Below are positions 1-8,628 of a DNA stretch of 41,002 nucleotides, in pieces. Below the pieces are notes generated by a model that was not told the DNA's origin, did no database searches, and worked only from the letters and a program-made list of their open reading frames with translations. Every line of letters starts with the position of its first letter. Position 1 is the first letter of the stretch. This stretch comes from Candidatus Sericytochromatia bacterium (GTDB lineage Bacteria; Cyanobacteriota; Sericytochromatia; S15B-MN24; JAQBPE01), in the NCBI GenBank assembly GCA_035285125.1, contig JAYKHR010000019.1, positions 1-41,002 on the forward strand, read 5' to 3'. The translations under genes were made by a program, and so were the position numbers.

Positions 1-93
1 ATCAAGGCCCGCGTGGCTGGCGTGAAGGATCCCGCCGGCAACAACATCACCGACACCGACGCCGACAAGAACCTGGCCACGTCCACGATCTAG
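1..93 (+). CDS. 3' end of an Ig-like array paralog (partial, runs off the window)
   Basis: Frame 1 reads IKARVAGVKDPAGNNITDTDADKNLATSTI* (TAG 91-93); the DPAGN motif and terminal strand match the C-termini of the downstream paralogs. Confidence 0.8.
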   Translation: MKARVAGVKDPAGNNITDTDADKNLATSTI

Positions 94-127
94 TCGCGCC
101 GCCGGTCACCCGGTACGCAACCAAGCG

Positions 128-164
128 GGGGAGTGCCTCATTCGAGGCATTCCCCTTCTTTTTT
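128..164 (+). terminator. Intrinsic terminator
   Basis: 12-bp stem GGGGAGTGCCTC / GAGGCATTCCCC (one G-U), loop ATTC, followed by TTCTTTTTT. Confidence 0.85.
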
Positions 165-189
165 GATCCCTCACAGGAGCTTCGACGCC

Positions 190-597
190 ATGTTCCGACC
201 CATTCTCATTCTCGCCCTCGCGGCCGCGGGCAGCCTCTCGGCCTGCAAGCAGGAGCTGCCCAAGGGGCTCAAGGAGCCTCCCGCCTTCGGCACCTACACC
301 GAGACCCGGACGGTGCCAAGCGAGCGGCAGCTGATTTACGCCGGTGGGGAGGACCCCTACGGCAAGTCCTGGGGCTCCTCGGCGGGCTATTACATCAAGG
401 TGGACGAGGTCTGGTACTCCGTCTTGTGGGACGATGCCCCCAAGCTCAAGGACCTCAAGCCGGGCGACAAGGTCAACCTGCACCCCAGCGAGTTCATCGC
501 CTGCACCGGCGAGAACGACCTCAAGCCGAGTTGCCACCGGCTGATGCGGGTATACAAGTCGCACCGTCGGATCAACCCCCTGATCATCAACAACTGA
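190..597 (+). CDS. Small lipoprotein of unknown function
   Basis: AGGAG at 175-179 before ATG 190; MFRPILILALAAAGSLSAC lipobox; strong GC3 codon bias; C-terminal Cys pair (CTGENDLKPSC). Confidence 0.8.
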   Translation: MFRPILILALAAAGSLSACKQELPKGLKEPPAFGTYTETRTVPSERQLIYAGGEDPYGKSWGSSAGYYIKVDEVWYSVLWDDAPKLKDLKPGDKVNLHPSEFIACTGENDLKPSCHRLMRVYKSHRRINPLIINN

Positions 598-631
598 CGC
601 CGCTCCCCCGAAGCCGACCGGAGGCCCGCCC

Positions 632-2299
632 TTGCCCCGCCCGTCCTTGCCCCGCTCTTCTCGGGCCGCCTGGCCCGTTGCCGCGAGCCTGCTGCTCGTG
701 GGCTGCCCCAACGCGGGCCTCGCCCCGCCGCTGCCGGGTGACGGGGCCTTCACGCCCGCGCCGGTGGTGCCCGCAGGCACGGCCGCCCCGGGGGCCACGC
801 CGGGCGCCTCGCCCAGCGCGGCCGGGGGCCAGGCGCCTGCCGGTGGGGCCTCGGTGCCCCCGTCGGCGTCGGCCCCGGTGACGTCGGCCTCGGCGCCGCC
901 GCCGGCGGCCGGTGCGAAGACGATCCTGCAGGGGGGCGTCTATGACGAGAAGGGGGCCACCGTCGACGGGGCCTCCGTGGCGCTGCGGTCGCTCGACCCG
1001 GGCTCCCCCTACAGCGTCACGGTGACGACGCGCTCCGGCAACTGGGTGGCCAACGGCGTCCCCGAGGGCGTGCAGATCGAGGCGACGGTCACCCTGTCCG
1101 GCTGGACGCGGCGGACGCGCGTGGTCGCGCTCCAGGCGGGTGCCGCCACGCGGAACGTCCTCAACTTCGGCTCGGCGGCCGGGGCGGCCGGGACGGACGA
1201 CACGGCCGGGGCACCCTACTTCATCTCGAACTACCCGGAGATCGCCGCGGCCGTGCCGGACGCCGCGACGGCGCGGGCGGAGAAGCTGGCCTACAAGCTG
1301 CGCTTCAGCGAGCCGCTCGACGGCGACAGCCGCCTGCGCGTGGTCGACGCCTTTTCGCTCGATGCGCCCCCCGTCGCCACCGAGCTGATGCCGGACGGCC
1401 TGACGGCGCTCGAGCGGGCCTCCCGCGTGGTCTTCAAGAAGGGCTCCACCTTCCGGGACGGGCGCGCGCGGCTCGACTTCGCCTGGAACGCCGCCAACGA
1501 CGAGCTCACCGTCACGCTGGACGCGCCGCTCCGCCGGCTCGATGACGACCGCGTCGCTTACCGCTTCCAGCTGGTGCGGCCCGACGGGGCGGACCTGATC
1601 GAGGATGCCTCGGGCAACGTGCTCGGCCTGACGGCCCCCGGCGTCGGGGAGGCCTACTTCGGCGTGCGCAAGGCGAGCCTGGTGGTGGGCGGCACGGACA
1701 CCACCGCCGCGCTGCGCTGGCAGGCCACGCACCAGCGCACGGCCAGCTTCGAGGTCGAGAAGGACGAGACGTCGCCTGTGCTCAAGGCCGTTGCCGTCAC
1801 CACCCGCACCCGCTCGGACCACGACAACGGCGAGTTCTACCAGCTGGAGCTCACCTTCTCCGAGCCCATGCGCGTCTACCCCGACGACAAGGGCTTCGCC
1901 GCCAGCCTGGTGGACCTCGACAACTACGTCTTCGCCATGTCGGACAAGACCCTCGACGGCGTGGACCTGTCGAAGGGCACGCCGGGCACCTTCAACGCCG
2001 CCACCCAGTCGGCGGCGGACTTCGATGCCGCCTTCGCGCGGACGCAGGCGGCCTTCCAGTTCGCCCCGGACGCAGCACCGGCGACGCGGTCGGCCACCGA
2101 CGTGTTCATCGAGCCGAGCGACGACAGCCCCAGCGCCGTGAACGTCTTCGTGCCGCGGGCCAAGCTGCCCACCGGCCTCAAGCACGTCAAGGTGCTCGTT
2201 CGCAAGGCGGTGCTCGACCCTGCCGGCAATGCCGTCAGCGAGGCCAACGCCAAGGCTGCGACCAACACGGCCGACAACGTCGCGCTGGGCACGTTCTGA
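632..2299 (+). CDS. Lipoprotein with carboxypeptidase-regulatory-like and Ig-like (Big-like) domains, array member
   Basis: GGAGG 620-624 before TTG; lipobox LLVGC; Pro/Ala/Ser/Thr linker; GGVYDEKGATVDGASV; PYFISNYPEI, RFSEPLD, WQATH, LELTFSEPM, DPAGN. Confidence 0.8.
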   Translation: MPRPSLPRSSRAAWPVAASLLLVGCPNAGLAPPLPGDGAFTPAPVVPAGTAAPGATPGASPSAAGGQAPAGGASVPPSASAPVTSASAPPPAAGAKTILQGGVYDEKGATVDGASVALRSLDPGSPYSVTVTTRSGNWVANGVPEGVQIEATVTLSGWTRRTRVVALQAGAATRNVLNFGSAAGAAGTDDTAGAPYFISNYPEIAAAVPDAATARAEKLAYKLRFSEPLDGDSRLRVVDAFSLDAPPVATELMPDGLTALERASRVVFKKGSTFRDGRARLDFAWNAANDELTVTLDAPLRRLDDDRVAYRFQLVRPDGADLIEDASGNVLGLTAPGVGEAYFGVRKASLVVGGTDTTAALRWQATHQRTASFEVEKDETSPVLKAVAVTTRTRSDHDNGEFYQLELTFSEPMRVYPDDKGFAASLVDLDNYVFAMSDKTLDGVDLSKGTPGTFNAATQSAADFDAAFARTQAAFQFAPDAAPATRSATDVFIEPSDDSPSAVNVFVPRAKLPTGLKHVKVLVRKAVLDPAGNAVSEANAKAATNTADNVALGTF

Positions 2300-2348
2300 A
2301 CCCCGCCCGGGGCGCGGGGAGGTTCCGCGTCCCGCTTCAGGAGCCACC

Positions 2349-4034
2349 ATGTCACGCACCCGGTCTCTTCGCACCCTCTCCGCGCTGGCCTCGGGCCTGA
2401 TCCTGTCGGCTTGCGCGGCCCCCGCCGTCGTGCCGCCCACTCCCTCGGGCTCGCCCGGGCCTGCGGAGCCCTCCGCCCCGGCCGCGTCTGGCACGCCGGG
2501 GGCCACCCCGCCGGGCGCCTCGGCCTCCCCGCAGGCGCCCTCACCTGCAGCGCCGGCCAGTGCGGCGCCGCTGCAAACTGGCGTGGTGATGGGGCGGGTG
2601 TACAGCGCCTCCGGGGGCGAGGTGCCCGACGGGACGCGCGTCGAGGTCACGTCGCTGGATCCGGTCAACAACCCGTTCAAGGCGAGCACCACCACCGCCG
2701 GGGGCAGCTACTCGCTCAACGGCGTGCCCTACCTCGTGCAGGTTGCCGTCACCGTCTCCCGGCCAGGCTGGACGTCGCGGCGTCAGGTGACGGTGTTCCG
2801 CCCGCGCGATGCGCGGTCTGCGACGGCGAACGTGCTCGACTTCGGTGCCGGGTCTGCGGGCACGGCCTCGGACCAGGCGCAGGCGGCCGCGCCCTACTTC
2901 CTCTCGGACCGGCCCGAGATCACGCGCGTGACGCCGGCCGACGACGACGCCTCGCTGCCGATCGACGAGATGCGCTTCACGCTCACCGTCAGCGAGCCCC
3001 TCGACGCCGAGAACCGGCGCCGGCTGGCCGCGGCCTTCCGGCTCGTGCCCAACAGCCCCGAGGCCCTCGCGGACGACCAGGCCCTGCCGGCCGAGGTGGT
3101 GGGCGCCGAGGAGCTCGAGGGCCTGCGTGTCGCGACGGCGACGGTCGGGGGCCTCGAGCTGCCTTACAGCTACCAGCAAAACTCGGCCTTCATGAACGGG
3201 GCCGAGCTTGCGGCCTTCGAGTGGGACGAGGCCGGCACGCAGGCCACCTTCCGCCTCAAGGCGCCTGTCAAGACGGGCCGCTCGGACGGGGCCGAGTACG
3301 CGTTCCTGCTGGTGCAGCGCGGTGACACGCCCATCCGCGATGCGGCCGGCCTGGCGCTCGGCACGGACCTGGCCGGCGAGCCCGGCGCGACGCGCGACGG
3401 TGACCTGATCCTCAACGCGATCGCGGAGGCGGGCCTCACGCTGCCCAACGCCGTGCTCAAGGAGGACGAGCGCTGGAACCAGACGCACACCTCCTTCACC
3501 CGCTTCCAGGTCGCCACCGACGACGTCGCCCCCCGGCTCCTGAAGGTGCTGGCGCGACGGGGCTACGCGGACGACCTCGGCGAGCCCGTCGATCGCCTGG
3601 AGCTCACGTTCTCCGAGCCCATGCTGGCCTTCCCCCGCCTCACGGCCCCCGGAACGCTGCGGCTCGACAGCTATGTCTTCGCGACGGCGGCCAAGGAGGA
3701 GGCGCTGCCCACGGCCGAGGCCCTGCGCAAGGCCGCCGGCGTCTCGCTGGCGGGGGGCACGGGCGCGGCGGCCGTGCGGGATGCCCTCGAGAAGGGCTCC
3801 TCGGTGCGCGTCGACTCGTCGCGGGCGCTGGCGGGCAACTTCCGCCTCGGCTTCGACATCAAGGACGCGCGGGTGCTGGTGCTGAGCCTGCCCGTCGGCA
3901 GCCTGCCCTACGACGCGGAGGTGCTGCGGGTGCGGGCTGGCTCCGAGGGGGCGACGGCGGGCCGCGAGCTCGCGGACCCCGCCGGCAACCTGGTGCCGGC
4001 CGCGGGCGACACGGCCACGGGGGCGATCCAGTGA
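2349..4034 (+). CDS. Ig-like lipoprotein, array member
   Basis: AGGAG before ATG 2349; lipobox ILSAC; low-complexity linker; PYFLSDRPEI, VSEPLD, WNQTH, LELTFSEPM, DPAGN. Confidence 0.8.
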   Translation: MSRTRSLRTLSALASGLILSACAAPAVVPPTPSGSPGPAEPSAPAASGTPGATPPGASASPQAPSPAAPASAAPLQTGVVMGRVYSASGGEVPDGTRVEVTSLDPVNNPFKASTTTAGGSYSLNGVPYLVQVAVTVSRPGWTSRRQVTVFRPRDARSATANVLDFGAGSAGTASDQAQAAAPYFLSDRPEITRVTPADDDASLPIDEMRFTLTVSEPLDAENRRRLAAAFRLVPNSPEALADDQALPAEVVGAEELEGLRVATATVGGLELPYSYQQNSAFMNGAELAAFEWDEAGTQATFRLKAPVKTGRSDGAEYAFLLVQRGDTPIRDAAGLALGTDLAGEPGATRDGDLILNAIAEAGLTLPNAVLKEDERWNQTHTSFTRFQVATDDVAPRLLKVLARRGYADDLGEPVDRLELTFSEPMLAFPRLTAPGTLRLDSYVFATAAKEEALPTAEALRKAAGVSLAGGTGAAAVRDALEKGSSVRVDSSRALAGNFRLGFDIKDARVLVLSLPVGSLPYDAEVLRVRAGSEGATAGRELADPAGNLVPAAGDTATGAIQ

Positions 4035-5491
4035 GCGGCGCGGGCCCCGTGATGCGACGCACCCGCCGGGCCTGGCCCTGGCTGCTGGTGGCGACCTTGG
4101 GCTGTCAGCCGGCAGGCCCCGGGGGCCCTGCGCCGGGGCTGCCAGGCGTCGGCAGCCCCGGCCCGGTCGGCAGCGCGGCTGCGCCCGCCGGCTCCGCCAC
4201 CCCCCAGGCCGGCGGGGCCAGCGCTGCCCCGGCGTCGCCTGAGCCTGCGGCCACGGCCGCACCCGCTGCGGTGGCGCGGACGGTGGTGGTGGGCACCATC
4301 AACGACGATCGGGGCACCGTGGTGGCCGCCGCGCGCCTCGAGGTCAAGGCCTCCGACCCTGCCTACGACACGGTGATTCCCGCCACGGGCGGGGCCTTCG
4401 GCCTGCGGGACCTGCCCGTGGGCCTCTCGCTCACGCTCACGGCTTCGGCGCCGGGCTTCTCGACGCGCACCCGCACGCTGGTTGTGCAGCCCCCCTCCGC
4501 CACGGACGAGACCGTCAACCGCGTGGATTTCGGGGGCAGCGAGGAGGGGATGTGGCACTGCCTGTTCCGCTACCCTGAGATCGCGCGGGTGGAGCCTGCC
4601 AACCAGGGACGGGACGTCGTGACGGACCCGCTGCGCGTCGTCTTGAGCTTCTCGCGCGCCATCGACGAGGACGATCAGGGCCGCCTCCAGGACCTGCTCC
4701 GCGTGACCCCCACCTACAGCGCGGACGAGGCGCCCCTGACGCACGGCGTGGCCCACGGGGCTGCGGTGGCGCGGCTGACGTGGGACGAGGACGGCCGTCA
4801 GGCCACCTTCACCTACACGGGGCCGATCGTGGCGCGGCAGCCGGGCCACGGCCTGTCCGTCGAGTTCGACCCGGCCTACGGCGTGCAGGCCTGGCCGCGC
4901 GATGACCTCGGGCAGGTGCTGGGCATGGGGCTCGCGCCGCGCACGCGGGACGGGGCCGGCGCCGCCGTCTCCGACCGCGTGGCGCCCTTCGTGCGGGGCG
5001 TCATGGACGAGCCTCGGCCGAGCGCGCGGCCCTCGCCGCTGGACCTGTGGGGCTTCACCCACCACACCTCGGCCCGCTTCGAACTGGCGCGGGACCTCTC
5101 GCCGCTCAAGGTTGAGGGCGTCGACACCCTGGCGCCGGACGCCACGGGCGCGGCGGGCTTCCTCGTCACCTTCAACAAGCCTGTGTGGGCCTACCCGGCC
5201 TCTGCGCTCGCGAGCGCCACGACGGCGGCCTCGAGCTACCGCTTCGTGGTGGGGCGGACCGGGGAGCGGCGCGACCGCGAGGCCTTCGAGGAGACGAACG
5301 TCCGGGCCGGTGCCACGCCGGGCCTTGGCGTGCGCTTCGAGCCCAAGTTCCCGCGGCGCCTGCAGGTGCGGGTGCCCGCGAGCCGCTTCGACGGCATGAC
5401 CCGCTTCAAGCTGTACGTCGGCCCTGAGGTGGAGGACATCTATGGTGTCTCCCTCGCAGGTGACGGCGTCGTGATCGAGGGGAGCCTCTGA
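4031..5491 (+). CDS. Ig-like lipoprotein, divergent array member
   Basis: GTGA overlap with the previous stop (alternative ATG 4052); lipobox ATLGC; GTINDDRG; RYPEI, FSRAID, WGFTH, TFNKPV, EDIYG (degenerate DPAGN). Confidence 0.75.
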   Translation: MSGAGPVMRRTRRAWPWLLVATLGCQPAGPGGPAPGLPGVGSPGPVGSAAAPAGSATPQAGGASAAPASPEPAATAAPAAVARTVVVGTINDDRGTVVAAARLEVKASDPAYDTVIPATGGAFGLRDLPVGLSLTLTASAPGFSTRTRTLVVQPPSATDETVNRVDFGGSEEGMWHCLFRYPEIARVEPANQGRDVVTDPLRVVLSFSRAIDEDDQGRLQDLLRVTPTYSADEAPLTHGVAHGAAVARLTWDEDGRQATFTYTGPIVARQPGHGLSVEFDPAYGVQAWPRDDLGQVLGMGLAPRTRDGAGAAVSDRVAPFVRGVMDEPRPSARPSPLDLWGFTHHTSARFELARDLSPLKVEGVDTLAPDATGAAGFLVTFNKPVWAYPASALASATTAASSYRFVVGRTGERRDREAFEETNVRAGATPGLGVRFEPKFPRRLQVRVPASRFDGMTRFKLYVGPEVEDIYGVSLAGDGVVIEGSL

Positions 5492-5495
5492 CGCC

Positions 5496-6869
5496 ATGAC
5501 CCGCCACGCCACCACCCCGCGCCTCGCGCTCGTCCTCGGCCTTGCGGTCGCGGCCTGCGCCCCCGCCCCGGCGGGGGGCCCCGCGCCCACCCCGCCACCC
5601 GTAGCCACGCCTGCACCCGTCGCCTCCGTGACGGCCCCCCCCACGGCCGCGCCGAGCGCGCCCGCGGGCTTCGCCGTGCGCGGCGTCGTCGTCGACCTCG
5701 ACCGCTCGCCCGTGGCGAGCGCGACGGTGGTGGCCCGGGCCGCCGAGGCCACCGCCGCCACCGCGGTGACGGCCGCCGACGGCAGCTACACGCTGCGCGT
5801 GCCGGCCGGCGCCTACGACCTCACGGCGTCCAGGGACGGCTTCACGCGCCGCACGCGGCCCGTCGCGGTCTCGGGTGACACCACCGTCCATTTCGGGCCG
5901 CAGCCGGACGAGCTCGGGAACCCCTACTTCCTGGCCGACGACCCCGAGATCGAGGCCGTGCAGGTCGTCGAGCGCGAGCCCGGGCAGGGGCTCACGCTGA
6001 CGGTCACCGTGAGCGAGCCCCTCACGGAGGAGGGGCGCAGCGCCTTCACCGACGCCTTCCGACTCTACGCGGGCACGGAGACGGAGTTCCTCAAGGTCGT
6101 CACGACCTCCGTCACCCGCCGCAAGCTGGAGGCGGCCTGGGATTCGGCCGGGCGCGCCTTCACGGCCCGCTACGAGGGACCTTACCTCGCCACGGGGGAG
6201 ACGGACGTGCACTACGCCGTGGCGCTGCTTCAGGATCAGCTGGACGAGCGCGACCCGGAGACGCGGGAGCTCATGTGGGAAGACCTGGGCCTCAAGGACG
6301 CGAAGGGGCGATCGCTTGGGCGCGGCCAGACGCGTTACGCCTTCTTGAAGCCCGAGCTCTTCGAGCTCGGGGCCCAGCAACTCACGGACGAGGTCTTCGG
6401 GGCCCGCATCGAGGACCGCCGCTGGCGGCTGACGCATGAGGGCCGCTTCCGCTTCCGGGCCCGACGGGACGACGCGCCGCCCGGCCTCGTCTCGGCGACG
6501 CTCCGCCAGGACCGCGAGGTCGGCACGAGCCGCGCGGACATCCTCACGCTGACCTTCAGCGAGCCCATGAGCGCCGCCAGGGACAACGATGACCTCTACT
6601 GGACCCGCCTCAACAAGGACCGGGACCTCGTGGTGCTGAACGTGAGCGATCAGCCCGCCGGGCCCGAGTTCAAGCCCCTGGCCTCGGCCGTGCGCCCCAG
6701 GGAGGTGCTGGTCGACCGGTCGGACGCGCGGCTCGTCGAGCTGCACTACCCCGTGGGGTCCTTCGATGACCTCGCGCGCGTGGAGGTCACGCTCGGGCCG
6801 GATATGCGCGACCCGGCTGGCAACAAGCCCGACCCGGCGAAGTCCAAGCTCGTCGTCGTGGTGAACTGA
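5496..6869 (+). CDS. Ig-like lipoprotein, array member
   Basis: Lipobox VAAC; carboxypeptidase-regulatory-like segment GVVVDLDRSPVASATV...DGSYTL...GAYDLTASRDGF; PYFLADDPEI, VSEPL, WRLTH, LTFSEPM, DPAGN. Confidence 0.8.
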   Translation: MTRHATTPRLALVLGLAVAACAPAPAGGPAPTPPPVATPAPVASVTAPPTAAPSAPAGFAVRGVVVDLDRSPVASATVVARAAEATAATAVTAADGSYTLRVPAGAYDLTASRDGFTRRTRPVAVSGDTTVHFGPQPDELGNPYFLADDPEIEAVQVVEREPGQGLTLTVTVSEPLTEEGRSAFTDAFRLYAGTETEFLKVVTTSVTRRKLEAAWDSAGRAFTARYEGPYLATGETDVHYAVALLQDQLDERDPETRELMWEDLGLKDAKGRSLGRGQTRYAFLKPELFELGAQQLTDEVFGARIEDRRWRLTHEGRFRFRARRDDAPPGLVSATLRQDREVGTSRADILTLTFSEPMSAARDNDDLYWTRLNKDRDLVVLNVSDQPAGPEFKPLASAVRPREVLVDRSDARLVELHYPVGSFDDLARVEVTLGPDMRDPAGNKPDPAKSKLVVVVN

Positions 6870-6870
6870 G

Positions 6871-8010
6871 GTGCCTGTGACGCTGTCTGTCTGCCTGCGC
6901 CACGCGGCGCCCCTGGCCATTGCCGTGGCCGTCGCGGCCTGCGCTGCGCCTGGCCCTGCGCCCGTCGCGGGGCCTTCTGTACCGCCCGTGAGCCCAGCTG
7001 GCCCTTCCGCCACACCGACGTCCCAGGCGCCGGCCAGCGCCGCGCCTGCGGCGACGCCGGCGGCCTCGGCCACCCCCGCCGCCGCCGCGGCCCCCTCCCT
7101 CGCGGCGGGGTCGCTGCTGCGCCGCTACGACTTCAAGGGCATCGGGGGCCTGCACTACGATCGCGCCGGCGACACCCTGCACGTGATCGACGCCGTGAAC
7201 GACGACATCACGCCCCGGCGCTACCTGCTGCGCCGCTTCAAGCGGGATGGCTCCTTCGAGGTGGCCGTGGGGCTCGCGCTCGAGGGCGAGAAGGCCCCCG
7301 ACGCGGTGGAGGGCCTCGCCTTCGGGGCCTTCGGCCAGCCGCTCTACACCTACCGCGAGGACGAGCGGCTCGTGTTGCGGCGCCTCTACACCGCCACGCC
7401 CCGCGACGCCGAGGACTTCCCAAGCTACCGGACCGCCCGCGCGGGCCTGGCGGCCCTGCGCGTCGAGGGCACCGTGGTCACGCTGGGCGCGCTGCGGCTC
7501 GACGTCGAGGAGAAGACGGCCAAGACCACCAAGAAGCGCGACATCGTCTACGTGCAGGCTGACCCCGAGCGCGACCCGACCGCGATCTTCCAGGTGCCCG
7601 ACCCGTTCGGGCCCACCCACCGCATGGCGATCGGCCCCGGCGGCGTGATGTACCTGATGGGCGCGACGCCCGACGGGCAGCTGGGCGTGAAGCGTCTCGA
7701 CGCCTCGCAGCAGCTGCGCGACGTGGCGTTGCCGCTCACGCGCCTGCCGGACGTCGTGACCTTCGACGAGGCCGGGCGCCTGTGGCTGGCCTACAACAGC
7801 GACGGCACGGAGCCCGCCACGATCGCGGTCCACGAGGCCTCCGGCGCGCTGGTCCGCAGCCAGCCCGTGACGCTCGCCGACGGCGGCCGGGTGTATGACG
7901 TCCGGGGCCTGGCCTTCGATCGGAGCGGCACGCCGCTGCTGGGCGGCAGCGCCATCTACGAAGGTTCTCGCACGGTTCATGGTATCTTCGAGTTCAAGCC
8001 CCGGCCCTGA
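6871..8010 (+). CDS. Lipoprotein with probable beta-propeller (NHL/SMP-30-like repeats)
   Basis: Lipobox VAAC; Pro/Ala linker; blade-like repeats GLHYDRAGDTLHVID, GLAFGAFGQPLY, MAIGPGGVMYL, VTFDEAGRLWL, GLAFDRSGTPLL. Confidence 0.7.
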   Translation: MPVTLSVCLRHAAPLAIAVAVAACAAPGPAPVAGPSVPPVSPAGPSATPTSQAPASAAPAATPAASATPAAAAAPSLAAGSLLRRYDFKGIGGLHYDRAGDTLHVIDAVNDDITPRRYLLRRFKRDGSFEVAVGLALEGEKAPDAVEGLAFGAFGQPLYTYREDERLVLRRLYTATPRDAEDFPSYRTARAGLAALRVEGTVVTLGALRLDVEEKTAKTTKKRDIVYVQADPERDPTAIFQVPDPFGPTHRMAIGPGGVMYLMGATPDGQLGVKRLDASQQLRDVALPLTRLPDVVTFDEAGRLWLAYNSDGTEPATIAVHEASGALVRSQPVTLADGGRVYDVRGLAFDRSGTPLLGGSAIYEGSRTVHGIFEFKPRP

Positions 8011-8049
8011 CGCCTGCGGGCCCCGCCCTCGCTCAACCCCCGTCTCGCC

Positions 8050-8628
8050 ATGCTGCCACACGCCTTGCCCCTCGTGGGGGCCTTCGTTTTGTCCGCCCTG
8101 GTGCTGGCTCTTCCGGGTCGCTCAGCCTTCACGCCCGAGCACCGCGGCGAGGTTGGCATCGGCTACATGAAGCTCCGGCTTCCCGGGGCTGAGCAGGCGC
8201 TGCGCGCAGCCCTCGCGGCGGCGCCGACCCTGCCGCGGGCCCGCCTGGCGCTGGGCATGCACCTGACGGCCGAGAAGCGCTTCGACGAGGCCATCGCCGT
8301 GCTCGAGGCCGCCCGGTCGGCGGCGGGCACGAGTGACCTGGAGCCCGGCCTCGCGCTCGGGGTGGCGCTGCAACTGTCCGGCCGCACGGACGCAGCGCGG
8401 GGCGTGCTCGAGGACCTGGGCCGGCGCTTTCCCGAGGACGGGCGGCCGGCTTTCAACCTGGCGATGCTTGCCATCAAGGGCGGCGATGAGGCGCAGGCGC
8501 GCGCCCGCTTGCAGGAGGCCCTCGGCAAGACCCTGCCGACCGATCAGATGCGCCTGGACGCCGCCGTGACGCTCCGCAACCTCAAGGAGGCGCACACGCG
8601 GCCGGACGCGAAGCAGAAGGGGAAGTGA
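8050..8628 (+). CDS. Exported or membrane-anchored TPR protein (cassette 1)
   Basis: N-terminal hydrophobic segment; TPR-like helices ARLALG...FDEAIAVLEAA, LALGVALQLSGRTDAAR, FNLAMLAIKGGDEAQAR. Confidence 0.75.
   Translation: MLPHALPLVGAFVLSALVLALPGRSAFTPEHRGEVGIGYMKLRLPGAEQALRAALAAAPTLPRARLALGMHLTAEKRFDEAIAVLEAARSAAGTSDLEPGLALGVALQLSGRTDAARGVLEDLGRRFPEDGRPAFNLAMLAIKGGDEAQARARLQEALGKTLPTDQMRLDAAVTLRNLKEAHTRPDAKQKGK

Noticed and set aside
2301..2319. GC hairpin after the 632-2299 gene as a terminator
   Set aside because: Short stem, no U-tract, and expected by chance at this GC content.
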